From Firmicutes bacterium UBA2530 (lineage in GTDB: Bacteria > Bacillota > Clostridia > Tissierellales > Sedimentibacteraceae): 64,000 nucleotides of DNA. The stretch lies in contig DDNC01000018.1 of NCBI GenBank assembly GCA_002340985.1, forward strand, positions 116,092-180,091, given 5' to 3'. A program made the position numbers and the translations under genes. Each line of letters opens with the position of its first letter. Positions within the stretch are counted from its first letter, which is position 1. The notes under the pieces were generated by a model. That model did not search any database and was not told where the DNA came from. It saw only the letters and a list, made by a program, of their open reading frames with translations. Of the stretch, positions 21,429-31,464 are shown in pieces.

Positions 21429-24125
21429 ATGAGTTCTAAAGAAACAAAATTGCAAGAAGTTTTAAAATCACGTGGCATAGACATGTCACAAGTTGATGAA
21501 CAATTGGAAGCTGATATACCCGAAGCCAAGGAATCTTCTAAAAGATTAATGGAAACTTACTATACTTTAAAGGTTACTGCAGACATGGAGGTTCCTTACT
21601 GGTACAATAGAAGCTGGTGGGAAAATGATGGTGAAGTAATTGAAGTTAGAAGAGCCAGAGCTATGGGCGCTGCTTTAGCACATATGACTCCTACCATACA
21701 GCCTTATGAAAAAATTGTTATGAACAAAACTAAAAATGTCAGGGGCGGATTCCCGTTTCCTTGGACAACATCAAGCTTTTTCCTTGCACAAGCAGATGCT
21801 TTGATGGCAGAAGTTGATGCCCCTGCTGAAAATGAAGCAGATGCAGTTAGTATAGTTGGCGCAGGCGGTGGAAATGTTACGAAAAGTTATGGAAATATTA
21901 TCTCTCTTGCGAAGAAATTCGGGATGAGAAAAGAAGAAATTCCGGTACTTGTTAAAGCGTCCGAACCTTGGAGAGGTATTTCTATAGAAGATTTAGCTGA
22001 TAAATATTCAAGAACATTACCCGGATATGGACAATATAGAGATTTAATGGATAGTGTAGTTTGTATGTTTGACTCTTTTGCAATTGCACAAGGGCGTGAG
22101 GTTTCAAACTACTATGTTCCTTTAGAATATGGTTTTGATAGAATCATAGAAATATGTAATGAAAGAATGGCCGAAGTAATGGGTGAAGCAGGCGATGACG
22201 GAATTCTGGGAATGAGCAGAGGGTATTACTATGCTGCTATGAAAGAAATCGTAATGGGCTTGAGCAAGTGGTGTGAAAATTATTCAAAACAAGCAGCTTA
22301 TCTTGCTTCTGTTGAGACAGATTCTGAATTGAAAGCTAACTATGAAAAAATCAAAGAAGTTATGCATAATATTGCTCACAAGAAACCTTCAAATTTCTGG
22401 GAAGCTATACAATTGACAGTATGCTGCCACTTAGGTGTTACAAATGAGGATGCGATGTCAGGATTATCAATAGGTAGACTTGGACAGGTATTGCAGCCAT
22501 ACTACGAACATGATATCCGTGAAGGAATCATGACGGATGAAGAAGTTATAGAAATTCTGGAATTATATAGAATTAAAATAACTTGTATTGAGTGTTTTGC
22601 TTCTGCCGGAGTATCAGGAGGAGTTCTTTCAGGAAATACATTCAATAATTTGTCAATGGGTGGACTTAACAAAGAAGGTCTTACAGCAGTTACACCTCTG
22701 GAATATTTGATTATTGAAGCAGGCATGAGAAACAGAACTCCCCAGCCTACACTGAGTGTACTATATGATGAAAAAACACCTGAAGATTTCCTGATGAAAG
22801 CAGCATCTTGTACAAAACTTGGACTTGGATATCCTGCATGGATGAATAACCAAGGCGGCATTAATTACATGCTTGACAATTATGGACCGGAAGGCATGAA
22901 CCTTGAAGATGCAAGAGCATGGTGCCTTGGCGGATGTCTTGAATCTTCACCCGGATGCTTCCAGCCATTACATTTTGACGGGAAAGTAACTTGGGTACCC
23001 GGAGGAGCATCACCAACTTGTGGTACAGGAGTTCACTTCTTGGCAATGCCTAAGATATTAGAACTAGTATTGACAAATGGCTTGGATAAGAGAACAGGAA
23101 AAAGAGTATATCCGGCACATAACAAAAATCTTGATAACTTTGAAGCTGTTTATGAACAATGGAAACAATACATGAATGATTCAATTCTGATTCTTAACAA
23201 GGTAAATAACATTCAGATGGATATATGGAGAAAATACCTAATGCCGGCGGTTAACTCACTGCTGAAACCGGACTGCTTCAAAAAAGGTCAGCATTTGGGA
23301 AATATGGGAGCCAGATATAATGCCAGCATAAATGTAGAATCATGCGGAACTATTACATTAATCAACTCATTAGCTTCTATTAAGAAAAATGTATATGATG
23401 AAAAGAAGTTTACAATAGAAGAAATGACAGATGCAATGATTAATAACTTTGGATTTAAGACTGCTTATGAAACAGGCGTATTCTCTCCGGATTACAGAGA
23501 AAACACGGAAAACAGTCCTAAATATGAAGAAATATTTGCAGCTTGCGTAAATGCTCCGAAATACGGAAATGCAATACCATATGTAGACCAATTGCTTAAG
23601 AGATATGAATATGACATGTATGACATGGTTCATAGCTATCATTCATACTATGGCAAACCTTTATATTTATGCCAGATTTCAGTTTCAACTCATGGCCCTC
23701 AAGGTTTCATTACATTGGGTACAGCTGATTCGAGACTTGCAGGAACAACATATTCAGACGGCTCATTGTCGGCTGCACCTGGAACAGATCAGAACGGTCT
23801 TTATGCACTGTTTGAATCTGCGACAGTTTATGATCACGGAATACATCAGAACTCACAAATGAATCTGAAGCTTCATCCGACAGCAGTAAAAGGACTTAAC
23901 GGAACAAGAAAGCTTCTTGACGTTGTACGTGCTTATATGAGAAAAGGCGGATTCCACGTTCAGTTTAATATTGTAGATTCTAAGACATTGAGAAAAGCGC
24001 AAGTTACACCTGACAAATACAGAGATCTTATGATTCGTGTTGCCGGATTTACACAATACTGGTGTGAAATAGGGAAACCGATACAAGATGAAGTTATTTT
24101 CAGAACTCAATATGATGAAGCGTAA
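21429..24125 (+). CDS. hpdB: 4-hydroxyphenylacetate decarboxylase large subunit (glycyl radical enzyme)
   Basis: RVAGF glycyl-radical loop; GGCLES Cys loop; very close to the CsdB/HpdB sequences as I recall them; followed by small subunit and activase; AGGAGG before ATG 21429. Confidence 0.92.
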   Translation: MSSKETKLQEVLKSRGIDMSQVDEQLEADIPEAKESSKRLMETYYTLKVTADMEVPYWYNRSWWENDGEVIEVRRARAMGAALAHMTPTIQPYEKIVMNKTKNVRGGFPFPWTTSSFFLAQADALMAEVDAPAENEADAVSIVGAGGGNVTKSYGNIISLAKKFGMRKEEIPVLVKASEPWRGISIEDLADKYSRTLPGYGQYRDLMDSVVCMFDSFAIAQGREVSNYYVPLEYGFDRIIEICNERMAEVMGEAGDDGILGMSRGYYYAAMKEIVMGLSKWCENYSKQAAYLASVETDSELKANYEKIKEVMHNIAHKKPSNFWEAIQLTVCCHLGVTNEDAMSGLSIGRLGQVLQPYYEHDIREGIMTDEEVIEILELYRIKITCIECFASAGVSGGVLSGNTFNNLSMGGLNKEGLTAVTPLEYLIIEAGMRNRTPQPTLSVLYDEKTPEDFLMKAASCTKLGLGYPAWMNNQGGINYMLDNYGPEGMNLEDARAWCLGGCLESSPGCFQPLHFDGKVTWVPGGASPTCGTGVHFLAMPKILELVLTNGLDKRTGKRVYPAHNKNLDNFEAVYEQWKQYMNDSILILNKVNNIQMDIWRKYLMPAVNSLLKPDCFKKGQHLGNMGARYNASINVESCGTITLINSLASIKKNVYDEKKFTIEEMTDAMINNFGFKTAYETGVFSPDYRENTENSPKYEEIFAACVNAPKYGNAIPYVDQLLKRYEYDMYDMVHSYHSYYGKPLYLCQISVSTHGPQGFITLGTADSRLAGTTYSDGSLSAAPGTDQNGLYALFESATVYDHGIHQNSQMNLKLHPTAVKGLNGTRKLLDVVRAYMRKGGFHVQFNIVDSKTLRKAQVTPDKYRDLMIRVAGFTQYWCEIGKPIQDEVIFRTQYDEA

Positions 24126-24147
24126 AAATAATAATGGAGGAATGATT

Positions 24148-24405
24148 ATGAAACATTATGATTGTAAGAATTATATAAATTTAGATTGCGAAAAAGGACA
24201 ATGTGCATTAACTAAAAATTTAGTCCCTATTGATGGAGAAGGCAGTGATGCATGCCATAATTTTAAACAGGCTGAAAAGTGTGGAGTGTGTAAAAACTTT
24301 TCAAATCCTGACAAATATGGAGTAGGGACTTGCAAAGGATTTAAAAAAGAGAACTGGGCATATGCTACTTGTGGTGCTTTTGCCTGCGAAAAGTTCAACA
24401 ACTAA
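24148..24405 (+). CDS. hpdC: 4-hydroxyphenylacetate decarboxylase small Fe-S subunit
   Basis: 85 aa; MKHYDCKNY...C...C and CGVCKNF...C...C duplicated His/Cys motifs; lies between hpdB and hpdA. Confidence 0.9.
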   Translation: MKHYDCKNYINLDCEKGQCALTKNLVPIDGEGSDACHNFKQAEKCGVCKNFSNPDKYGVGTCKGFKKENWAYATCGAFACEKFNN

Positions 24406-24417
24406 TAGGATGTAAAT

Positions 24418-25377
24418 ATGGGAAGTATAATTTTAAACACTGAAAAGAAGGGGCTAATATTTGATGTACAGGCATATTCAGTGCATGACGGGCCAGGATG
24501 CAGAACTAATGTTTTTTTTGTAGGTTGTCCATTGCAATGCAAATGGTGTTCCAATCCTGAAAGTTGGCTAAAGAAAAAGCATATAATGTTTTCTGATAAA
24601 ATGTGCAAGTGGGACAAGGGATGTAAGGCATGCAGAAATGCATGCCCCCATGACAATATTAAGTTTGATCAGTTGGGTAAACCAAGCATTGACTGGAGTG
24701 TCTGTATGAAATGTGAGACATTTGACTGCGTCAATATTTGTCCAAACAAAGCCTTCAAACAGTGTGTTAAAGAATATACTGTTGATGAACTTGTGGCGTT
24801 ATTGAGACGTGATTTCAATAGCTGGGGACCAGACGGCGGAGTTACATTTTCAGGCGGAGATCCGCTTATGCATTATGAATTTTTGCTTGATGTATTAAAA
24901 AGATGTCGTGCACTGCAAATTCACACAGCTATAGAAACTGAAGCATACGCAAAGCAGGAAGAGTTTTTGGAAATTATGAAATACATCAATTTTGCATTCA
25001 TTGATGTAAAAAATATGGATAACGAAAAACATAAGCAAGGAACTGGAGTACATAATGATTTGATACTTTCAAATATCAGAGCCTTAGTAAGATCAGGATG
25101 GGATGGAAGACTTATCTTAAGGCAGCCAACTATAGCCGGATATAATGACAGCATTGATAATGCCTATAAATTAATTGATTTTATGAATGAAAATGGATTA
25201 TACGAAATTAACCTTTTAAAATTTCATAGACTTGGATTGACTAAATGGGAACAATTGGGAAAAAGATACGAATATAGTGACGGCGGAGATATGACAGACG
25301 AGAAAATGGAACTTCTTCAAGAGTTGTATTTAGATAATAATATAGCTTGTTATATCGGCGATGAAACCCCTTTTTGA
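24418..25377 (+). CDS. hpdA: Glycyl-radical activating enzyme (radical SAM) for HPA decarboxylase
   Basis: HDGPG.R, GCPLQCKWCSNPES (CxxxCxxC), ferredoxin-like insert, GGVTFSGGDP. Confidence 0.92.
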   Translation: MGSIILNTEKKGLIFDVQAYSVHDGPGCRTNVFFVGCPLQCKWCSNPESWLKKKHIMFSDKMCKWDKGCKACRNACPHDNIKFDQLGKPSIDWSVCMKCETFDCVNICPNKAFKQCVKEYTVDELVALLRRDFNSWGPDGGVTFSGGDPLMHYEFLLDVLKRCRALQIHTAIETEAYAKQEEFLEIMKYINFAFIDVKNMDNEKHKQGTGVHNDLILSNIRALVRSGWDGRLILRQPTIAGYNDSIDNAYKLIDFMNENGLYEINLLKFHRLGLTKWEQLGKRYEYSDGGDMTDEKMELLQELYLDNNIACYIGDETPF

Positions 25378-25484
25378 TAGTAATTGATACAAATAAAGCT
25401 GGTTATTATGAGGAAAGTTCATTTTACCAGCTTTAAGCGATAATTAATATTTTAAAATCTAAAACTTTAACATGGAGGAAGTTA

Positions 25485-26168
25485 ATGAAAACTGTAAAAA
25501 GAGTATCTCTTTATCTATTAGGATTTTTTATATTAGCAATTGGTATAAATATTTCAAAATTAGCCGGGCTCGGCATTTCTCCTGTAAGTTCAATTCCTTA
25601 TGCTTGCGAGCTTGTTTGGGGAGTTGAACTTGGCAAGGCAACATATTTTGTATATATGGGGTTAATGGTATTGCAGATAATCTTGTTAAGAAAAGATTAT
25701 AAAGTAAGAAACTTGCTGCAAATAGTTCCTACATTTATTTTAGGTACTTTTATAACTTATACCAGCACTAAGTATTTATTGTTCTGGCTTCCTGCACCTG
25801 GTAATTACGCAATGCAGCTCGTATATTTAGCTATAAGTATAGTGGTAATAGGTATTGGTGTTTCAGGGTTTCTTATTCCAAATATCATGCCTCCTCCGGC
25901 AGAAGGACTTTGCGCCGCTATTGTTCATGTAAGTAAGGATAAAATAAAATTTGGTAATGCAAAAGTTGGAGTTGATACAGGAATGGTTGTAGTTTCTGCA
26001 CTCTTATCACTTGTGTTTTTAGGTTCTTTGACGACAGTAAGAGAAGGCACTATTTTAGCTGCATTACTTGTTGGAAAAGTTGTAGGATTTATTATGAAAC
26101 ATTATAAACAAAGAATTATTGACTGGTTAGATGAGGGAGATTCATTAGCAGACAAAAAAGCTGCATAG
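25485..26168 (+). CDS. YczE/YitT-like membrane protein (putative transporter)
   Basis: LGISPVSS, P.EG, REGTI motifs; several TM segments. Confidence 0.72.
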   Translation: MKTVKRVSLYLLGFFILAIGINISKLAGLGISPVSSIPYACELVWGVELGKATYFVYMGLMVLQIILLRKDYKVRNLLQIVPTFILGTFITYTSTKYLLFWLPAPGNYAMQLVYLAISIVVIGIGVSGFLIPNIMPPPAEGLCAAIVHVSKDKIKFGNAKVGVDTGMVVVSALLSLVFLGSLTTVREGTILAALLVGKVVGFIMKHYKQRIIDWLDEGDSLADKKAA

Positions 26169-26260
26169 TATGTTTGTTAAGTTTGTAAGTATGAATTATA
26201 ATAAATATGAATTATAATAAAAAATATTATTATAATTCATATTTGTATTGGAGGTATATT

Positions 26261-26917
26261 ATGTTGATTGAAAACGCTGAAATATATCATTACATTAAAG
26301 AATACTTGAAAGAAATTCCGACTATAACCTTAATTAAGGGGACCTGTTTTTCAAAAGCAGAGAATATAGATAATCAAATATACTATATCTTAGAAGGTAC
26401 CGTAAAAATAGAAAGTCATTCGGACATGGGAAAAAAGATATTGGTAGATGTTATATCTGAAAACGAGTTTGCCGGGCAAATTAGTTATATTAGAAAACAT
26501 AATTTTTATGGTAACAATATAGCTGTTACTGATGTTAAATTGTTATGTTTAAAAGATGACATAATGAACACGTTAATGAAAAACCCTGAATTTTCCACAT
26601 TTTTTTATTTCAAAACAAGCAGCAGAATTTATGTAATGTATAAAAAAATGCTTATGAGTAATTTGTTTTCTCAATGTGAACTTGTTGCATATCATCTTTT
26701 GGAGAACTCATGTGATTGTAAATTTATATATAAAAGCATTTACGACATTTGCGCAAATTTAAATATAAGCAGAAGGAGTTTGTATAACATTTTAAATAAA
26801 CTTGAAGGCGATGGAATAATAAAAAAACTAGATGAAGGCCCTTACCTAATTCTGGACGAAAGTTATCTGAAGAAAAAGTCTAAAAAGGTTAAAAGTTTTG
26901 CTGAAAATAAATACTAA
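26261..26917 (+). CDS. Crp/Fnr family transcriptional regulator
   Basis: YYILEGTVKI...FAGQIS cNMP-like barrel; C-terminal HTH ICANLNISRRSLYNILNKL; GGAGG before ATG 26261. Confidence 0.8.
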   Translation: MLIENAEIYHYIKEYLKEIPTITLIKGTCFSKAENIDNQIYYILEGTVKIESHSDMGKKILVDVISENEFAGQISYIRKHNFYGNNIAVTDVKLLCLKDDIMNTLMKNPEFSTFFYFKTSSRIYVMYKKMLMSNLFSQCELVAYHLLENSCDCKFIYKSIYDICANLNISRRSLYNILNKLEGDGIIKKLDEGPYLILDESYLKKKSKKVKSFAENKY

Positions 26918-27255
26918 TGACAATTTATTAAATGATAGCTATAGCAAAAAATTGAATATAATAGAGGCTATTGAAAAATCCAAAGAAAGACAATAGTCTC
27001 TTTTTCATGAAAGAAAATGAATCGAAAAAAAGCAAGGACTACGGCAGAAATGTGTTATGCAATTGACCAGCTGCGGCAGGTGAAGGGCAGATGCCGCGGG
27101 AATAAAATGCAGTTGATTCAGTTTTGAATAAAGAAAAAACTGTTTGAATCAACTTATCATGTGTGGTATAATTTAAAAAATCAAGACATACTATAGTTGT
27201 CTTGATTAATTTACATAATGACATTCATCAGAGCAAAGAACCAAAGGAGACTAAT

Positions 27256-28194
27256 ATGCAAAGCGAATATAATGACAGACTATATCACGTAAAGGAATGC
27301 ATAGAAAAGAAAAGCAAGCTGAATACACTTTTAAAACAGACCGAACAGGATATGATCAAGGAAAAGCTGCTCTTAAACAAGCTGGCGGCTGAGCTTGAGA
27401 AGGAAAATGAGGATGTTTTAAAGCTGGAGTCATCAAATATAACTTCATTATTTTACGCCATATTAGGTAGCAAAGAGGAAAGATTAGAAAAGGAAAGACA
27501 GGAGCTTTTAAAGGCAAGGCTTAAATATGACCAATGCAAAAACAATGTGGATTTTCTTGCAAAGGAATCAAAAAGAATTGTCGATGAGCTTGTTAAAATC
27601 GAAAGCTGCGAGGCAGAATATGAAGATTTGCTCAATAAGAAGCTGAAGGAAATTAACCTCGAGGACAAGACAACCAGCGAGGAGCTGAAAAAGCTTATCA
27701 ACAGAAAAGAGAGTATGAAGGTTAATATAATAGAAATAGATGAGGCCATAAAGGCTGGAGAAGAGGCTCTCAAGGCTATAGAAAACACAATCAAAGAGCT
27801 TGAAAGCGCAGAGGGCTGGGGTGTGGTGGATATTCTGGGAGGAGGACTCCTTACTACCGCCGTGAAGTACAGCCATGTGGATGAGGCGGGGCGTTATGCT
27901 GAGGAAGCTCAGAGGACGCTGGGTAAATTCAAGCGTGAAATGTCTGATATTACAATGATTACAGGAACCGAAATTGCAATGGGTGCATTTGAAACATTTG
28001 CTGATTACTTTTTTGACGGTCTCATATTTGACTGGGTTGTTCAGTCCGAGATAGGCAAATCTCTGGATTCGGTGAAAAATACCAAAAATCAGACGGATAA
28101 AGCAATGTCTAAACTTTATGAAGAAAAAGTCACAGAGGAATTTATGATTAAGCAGCTTGAGGACCAGATAAACCGTATCATTGAAAATGCGTAG
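27256..28194 (+). CDS. Hypothetical coiled-coil protein
   Basis: Long charged helical ORF with WGVVDILGGG and FADYFFDG motifs; AAGGAG RBS. Confidence 0.7.
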   Translation: MQSEYNDRLYHVKECIEKKSKLNTLLKQTEQDMIKEKLLLNKLAAELEKENEDVLKLESSNITSLFYAILGSKEERLEKERQELLKARLKYDQCKNNVDFLAKESKRIVDELVKIESCEAEYEDLLNKKLKEINLEDKTTSEELKKLINRKESMKVNIIEIDEAIKAGEEALKAIENTIKELESAEGWGVVDILGGGLLTTAVKYSHVDEAGRYAEEAQRTLGKFKREMSDITMITGTEIAMGAFETFADYFFDGLIFDWVVQSEIGKSLDSVKNTKNQTDKAMSKLYEEKVTEEFMIKQLEDQINRIIENA

Positions 28195-28286
28195 GGTTGA
28201 GATATTCATATGTCAATAAAATAAAAATAGCTATTGACAAACATGTTGCTATGGTATAAAGTATCAACTAACAATTAAATAGAAAA

Positions 28287-28437
28287 CTTCTTATCAAGAG
28301 AGACGGAGGGAGCGGCCCTGTGATGTCTCGGCAACCTGCAGTATGCTGAAAGGTGCTAATTCCGACAAAGGATTTCTTTGGGAGATGAGGAGACGGTCAG
28401 AAAAATCAGCCCTCTCTTTGTAGAGGGTTTTTGTTTG
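28287..28437 (+). promoter_or_regulatory. SAM-I (S-box) riboswitch with terminator
   Basis: CTTATCAAGAG...GGAGGGA.CGGCCC..TGA...CGGCAACC...GGTGCTAATTCC...AGATGAG; CCCTCT/AGAGGG terminator plus T-run; TTGACA promoter at ~28234. Confidence 0.95.
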
Positions 28438-28448
28438 AGGAGGATTAA

Positions 28449-28916
28449 ATGTCAGTAGAAAAAGTCAGAGAATATTTGAAGCAATTCGGAAAGGACGGAG
28501 ATATTCTTGAAATGGATGAATCTACGGCCACTGTGGAGCTGGCGGCAAAGGCTATAAAGACAGAAGAAGCGAGAATAGCAAAATCACTATCCTTTTATAA
28601 CGGTGATGATGCAATGATAATAGTTGTTGCAGGAGATGCTAAAATAGACAACAAGAAATTCAAGGAAAAATTCGGATTTAAGGCGAGGATGCTTGCCCCC
28701 GAGGATACCGTGAAATTTACCGGCCATGCAATAGGCGGTGTGTGTCCGTTTGCTCTTCCTAACAATGTAACTGTATACCTGGATGACTCAATGAAAAGAT
28801 TTGAAACAATGTTCCCTGCATGCGGCAGCAGCAATTCGGCAGTGGAGCTCACTCTGAGCGAGCTGGAAGAGGCATCATGCTTCAAAGAATGGGTTGATGT
28901 TTGCAAGGATTGGTAG
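28449..28916 (+). CDS. YbaK/EbsC family aminoacyl-tRNA deacylase
   Basis: TVELAA, IAKSL, GHAIGGVCPF, ACGS motifs. Confidence 0.85.
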   Translation: MSVEKVREYLKQFGKDGDILEMDESTATVELAAKAIKTEEARIAKSLSFYNGDDAMIIVVAGDAKIDNKKFKEKFGFKARMLAPEDTVKFTGHAIGGVCPFALPNNVTVYLDDSMKRFETMFPACGSSNSAVELTLSELEEASCFKEWVDVCKDW

Positions 28917-29004
28917 CATCCGCAACGAATTTCAATCTACTGGGTATAAACAATATTTTAAGTCGGAAGAATATAACTAAAATTACAAACACGGAAAGGA
29001 AATT

Positions 29005-29760
29005 ATGTTAAACGAATTTTCAAGAACCCAGCTTTTATTGGGAAAAGATGCAATGGAAAAATTAAAAAATTCCACTGTTGCAATTTTTGGAATAGGCGGA
29101 GTGGGCACATATGTTGTCGAGGCTCTGGCAAGATGCGGAATAGGCGGGTTTGCTCTGTTTGATGATGATAAGGTGTGCCTTACAAATATAAACAGACAGC
29201 TGGTTGCAACCAGAAAAACCATAGGCAGAAAAAAGGTCGAGGTTATGGCCGAAAGAATCCTGGACATCAATCCCAAAGCAAAGATTGAAACAAATGCAAC
29301 ATTCTACATGCCTGATAACGCTGATGAATATGATTTGACGAAGTATGATTATATAGTTGATGCCATAGATACAGTGACGGCAAAGCTTGAGCTGATTGTA
29401 AGAGCAAAGGAGGCAGGCGTGCCTGTCATGAGCAGTATGGGGGCAGGTAATAAGCTGAACCCAACCATGCTTGAGGTAGCCGATATATATAAAACCTCCA
29501 TGGACCCTCTTGCCAAGGTAATGCGCCATGAGCTCAAGAAGCGCGGCATAAAAAAGCTTAAGGTTGTTTACTCTAAGGAGAAACCCCTTGTGCCAATTGA
29601 TGATGAGGAAATGAGCTGCAGAAACAACTGTGTATGCCCTCCGGGAGCTGAGAGAAAATGTACTGACAGAAGAGCCATACCCGGAAGTGTGTCGTTTGTA
29701 CCTTCGGTGGCAGGATTGATTATTGCAAGCGAGGTAGTGAAGGACTTAGCGGCTAAATGA
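29005..29760 (+). CDS. tcdA: tRNA threonylcarbamoyladenosine dehydratase (ThiF family)
   Basis: GIGGVG, TNINRQ, DAID, SSMGAG, DPLAKVMR, VVYSKE, PGS..FVP. Confidence 0.88.
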   Translation: MLNEFSRTQLLLGKDAMEKLKNSTVAIFGIGGVGTYVVEALARCGIGGFALFDDDKVCLTNINRQLVATRKTIGRKKVEVMAERILDINPKAKIETNATFYMPDNADEYDLTKYDYIVDAIDTVTAKLELIVRAKEAGVPVMSSMGAGNKLNPTMLEVADIYKTSMDPLAKVMRHELKKRGIKKLKVVYSKEKPLVPIDDEEMSCRNNCVCPPGAERKCTDRRAIPGSVSFVPSVAGLIIASEVVKDLAAK

Positions 29761-29776
29761 GAAGGAGTGAGCAGAA

Positions 29777-30796
29777 ATGGGGATAAGTCCATTAATTCAG
29801 ATAAAAAATCTGGAAAAACAATATATCAGCCAGAATAATTCGGTAAATGCATTATCAGATATTAACCTTGACATAAACAAGGGTGATATATACGGGATAA
29901 TTGGAATGAGCGGTGCGGGAAAAAGCACATTGGTGAGATGTATCAATTTTCTTGAGAAGCCCACAAGCGGAACCGTAATAATAGGTGACAATGACCTGTC
30001 AAAGATGAGCGAAGCACAGCTCAGGCATGTTAGGCAGAAGGTCGGAATGATTTTTCAGCAGTTCAACCTGCTCATGCAGAGAAATGTTGAGGATAATATA
30101 TGCTTCCCACTTGAAATATGCGGAATGAGCAAGAATGAAGGAAGAAAGAGAGCTGCCGAACTTTTAGAGCTGGTAGGACTTTCGGATAAAAGTAAGGCAT
30201 ATCCTTCGCAGCTAAGCGGGGGACAGAAGCAGAGAGTTGCCATAGCCAGGGCCCTGGCAAACAATCCTGAGATACTTCTCTGCGACGAGGCAACAAGTGC
30301 TCTGGATCCTACAACCACACGCTCAATATTGGAGCTTTTAAAGGATATAAACAGCAAGCTTGGTATCACCATAATCATAATTACTCATGAGATGGCAGTT
30401 GTTGAGGAAATATGCGATTATGTTGCCATTATTGACAAAGGACATCTGGCTGAAAGCGGAAGGGTCGAAGAGGTATTTTCAAAGCCCGCCACAGAAGCCG
30501 CCAAGAAGCTGGTATATCACAGCAACACAGCAGTCAAGGAAATGACTGGGAAGAGATGCATAAGAATCGTATTTGACGGCAAATCATCCTTTGAGCCTGT
30601 AATTGCCAACATGGTGCTGGAATGCAGGGCTCAGGTAAACATATTGTTTGCCGATACGAAGGATATCAAGGGACAGGCCTACGGGCAGATGGTTCTGCAG
30701 CTGCCGGAGGATGAGCTTCAGGCAGATAAAATAATAAATTACTTAAAAGGCAAAAATGTTAATGTGGAGGAGTTGATCGGTTATGTTGGCGAATAA
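29777..30796 (+). CDS. metN: Methionine ABC transporter ATP-binding protein
   Basis: GMSGAGKS, LSGGQKQR, CDEATSALDP, C-terminal NIL domain; S-box upstream. Confidence 0.92.
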   Translation: MGISPLIQIKNLEKQYISQNNSVNALSDINLDINKGDIYGIIGMSGAGKSTLVRCINFLEKPTSGTVIIGDNDLSKMSEAQLRHVRQKVGMIFQQFNLLMQRNVEDNICFPLEICGMSKNEGRKRAAELLELVGLSDKSKAYPSQLSGGQKQRVAIARALANNPEILLCDEATSALDPTTTRSILELLKDINSKLGITIIIITHEMAVVEEICDYVAIIDKGHLAESGRVEEVFSKPATEAAKKLVYHSNTAVKEMTGKRCIRIVFDGKSSFEPVIANMVLECRAQVNILFADTKDIKGQAYGQMVLQLPEDELQADKIINYLKGKNVNVEELIGYVGE

Positions 30797-31445
30797 TATA
30801 ATTTCAATGCTGCTGGACGGCACCGTTGATACCTTGTACATGACATTTGTTTCGGCATTCTTTGCCTACCTGTTTGCATTCCCCATAGGAATAGCATTGG
30901 TAGTGACAAAAAAAGACGGTTTACATCCTATGGGATTTTTAAATAGATTTTTGGATGTTGTTGTTAACACTGGGCGCTCAATACCATTCTTGATATTGAT
31001 GATTGCAGTTTTCCCCATAACTAAATTAATAGCCGGCAAAAGCTATGGTCCAACTGCAACAATTGTGCCCCTTGTAATTTCAGCGACTCCATTCGTAGCA
31101 AGATTGATTGAATCCTCTCTTCAGGAGGTTGATCAAGGAGTTATTGAAGCTGCACAGAGTATGGGTGCACCGCTTTCGGCAATAATATTCAAGGTACTGA
31201 TTCCTGAGGCAAAGACATCTCTCATAGTGGGAGCCACAATTGCAGCAGGAACCATACTGGGATATTCGGCCATGGCAGGAGTGCTTGGCGGCGGCGGTCT
31301 GGGGGACATAGCCATAAGATATGGTTATAACAGATATCAGTACGATATCATGATGTTGACCGTGATACTGCTGGTAATGCTTGTGCAGCTTATGCAGATG
31401 ATAGGAATGAAAATCGCAAGCAAGACAGATAAAAGGGGAATATAA
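30783..31445 (+). CDS. metI: Methionine ABC transporter permease
   Basis: RSIPFLIL, EAA motif, GGGGLGD.A..YGY. Confidence 0.92.
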   Translation: MLANNIISMLLDGTVDTLYMTFVSAFFAYLFAFPIGIALVVTKKDGLHPMGFLNRFLDVVVNTGRSIPFLILMIAVFPITKLIAGKSYGPTATIVPLVISATPFVARLIESSLQEVDQGVIEAAQSMGAPLSAIIFKVLIPEAKTSLIVGATIAAGTILGYSAMAGVLGGGGLGDIAIRYGYNRYQYDIMMLTVILLVMLVQLMQMIGMKIASKTDKRGI

Positions 31446-31464
31446 CATTATAAAGGAGAACAAC

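Noticed and set aside
27040..27125. GC-rich stem GCGGCA/TGCCGC after the Crp/Fnr gene as a riboswitch
   Set aside because: A single short stem with no recognisable aptamer consensus; it may be a gene remnant at the island edge.
27568..28209. 213-aa minus-strand ORF, and similar long antisense ORFs such as 46186-46797 and 50260-50904
   Set aside because: They lie opposite well-supported genes and look like codon-bias shadows with no motifs.
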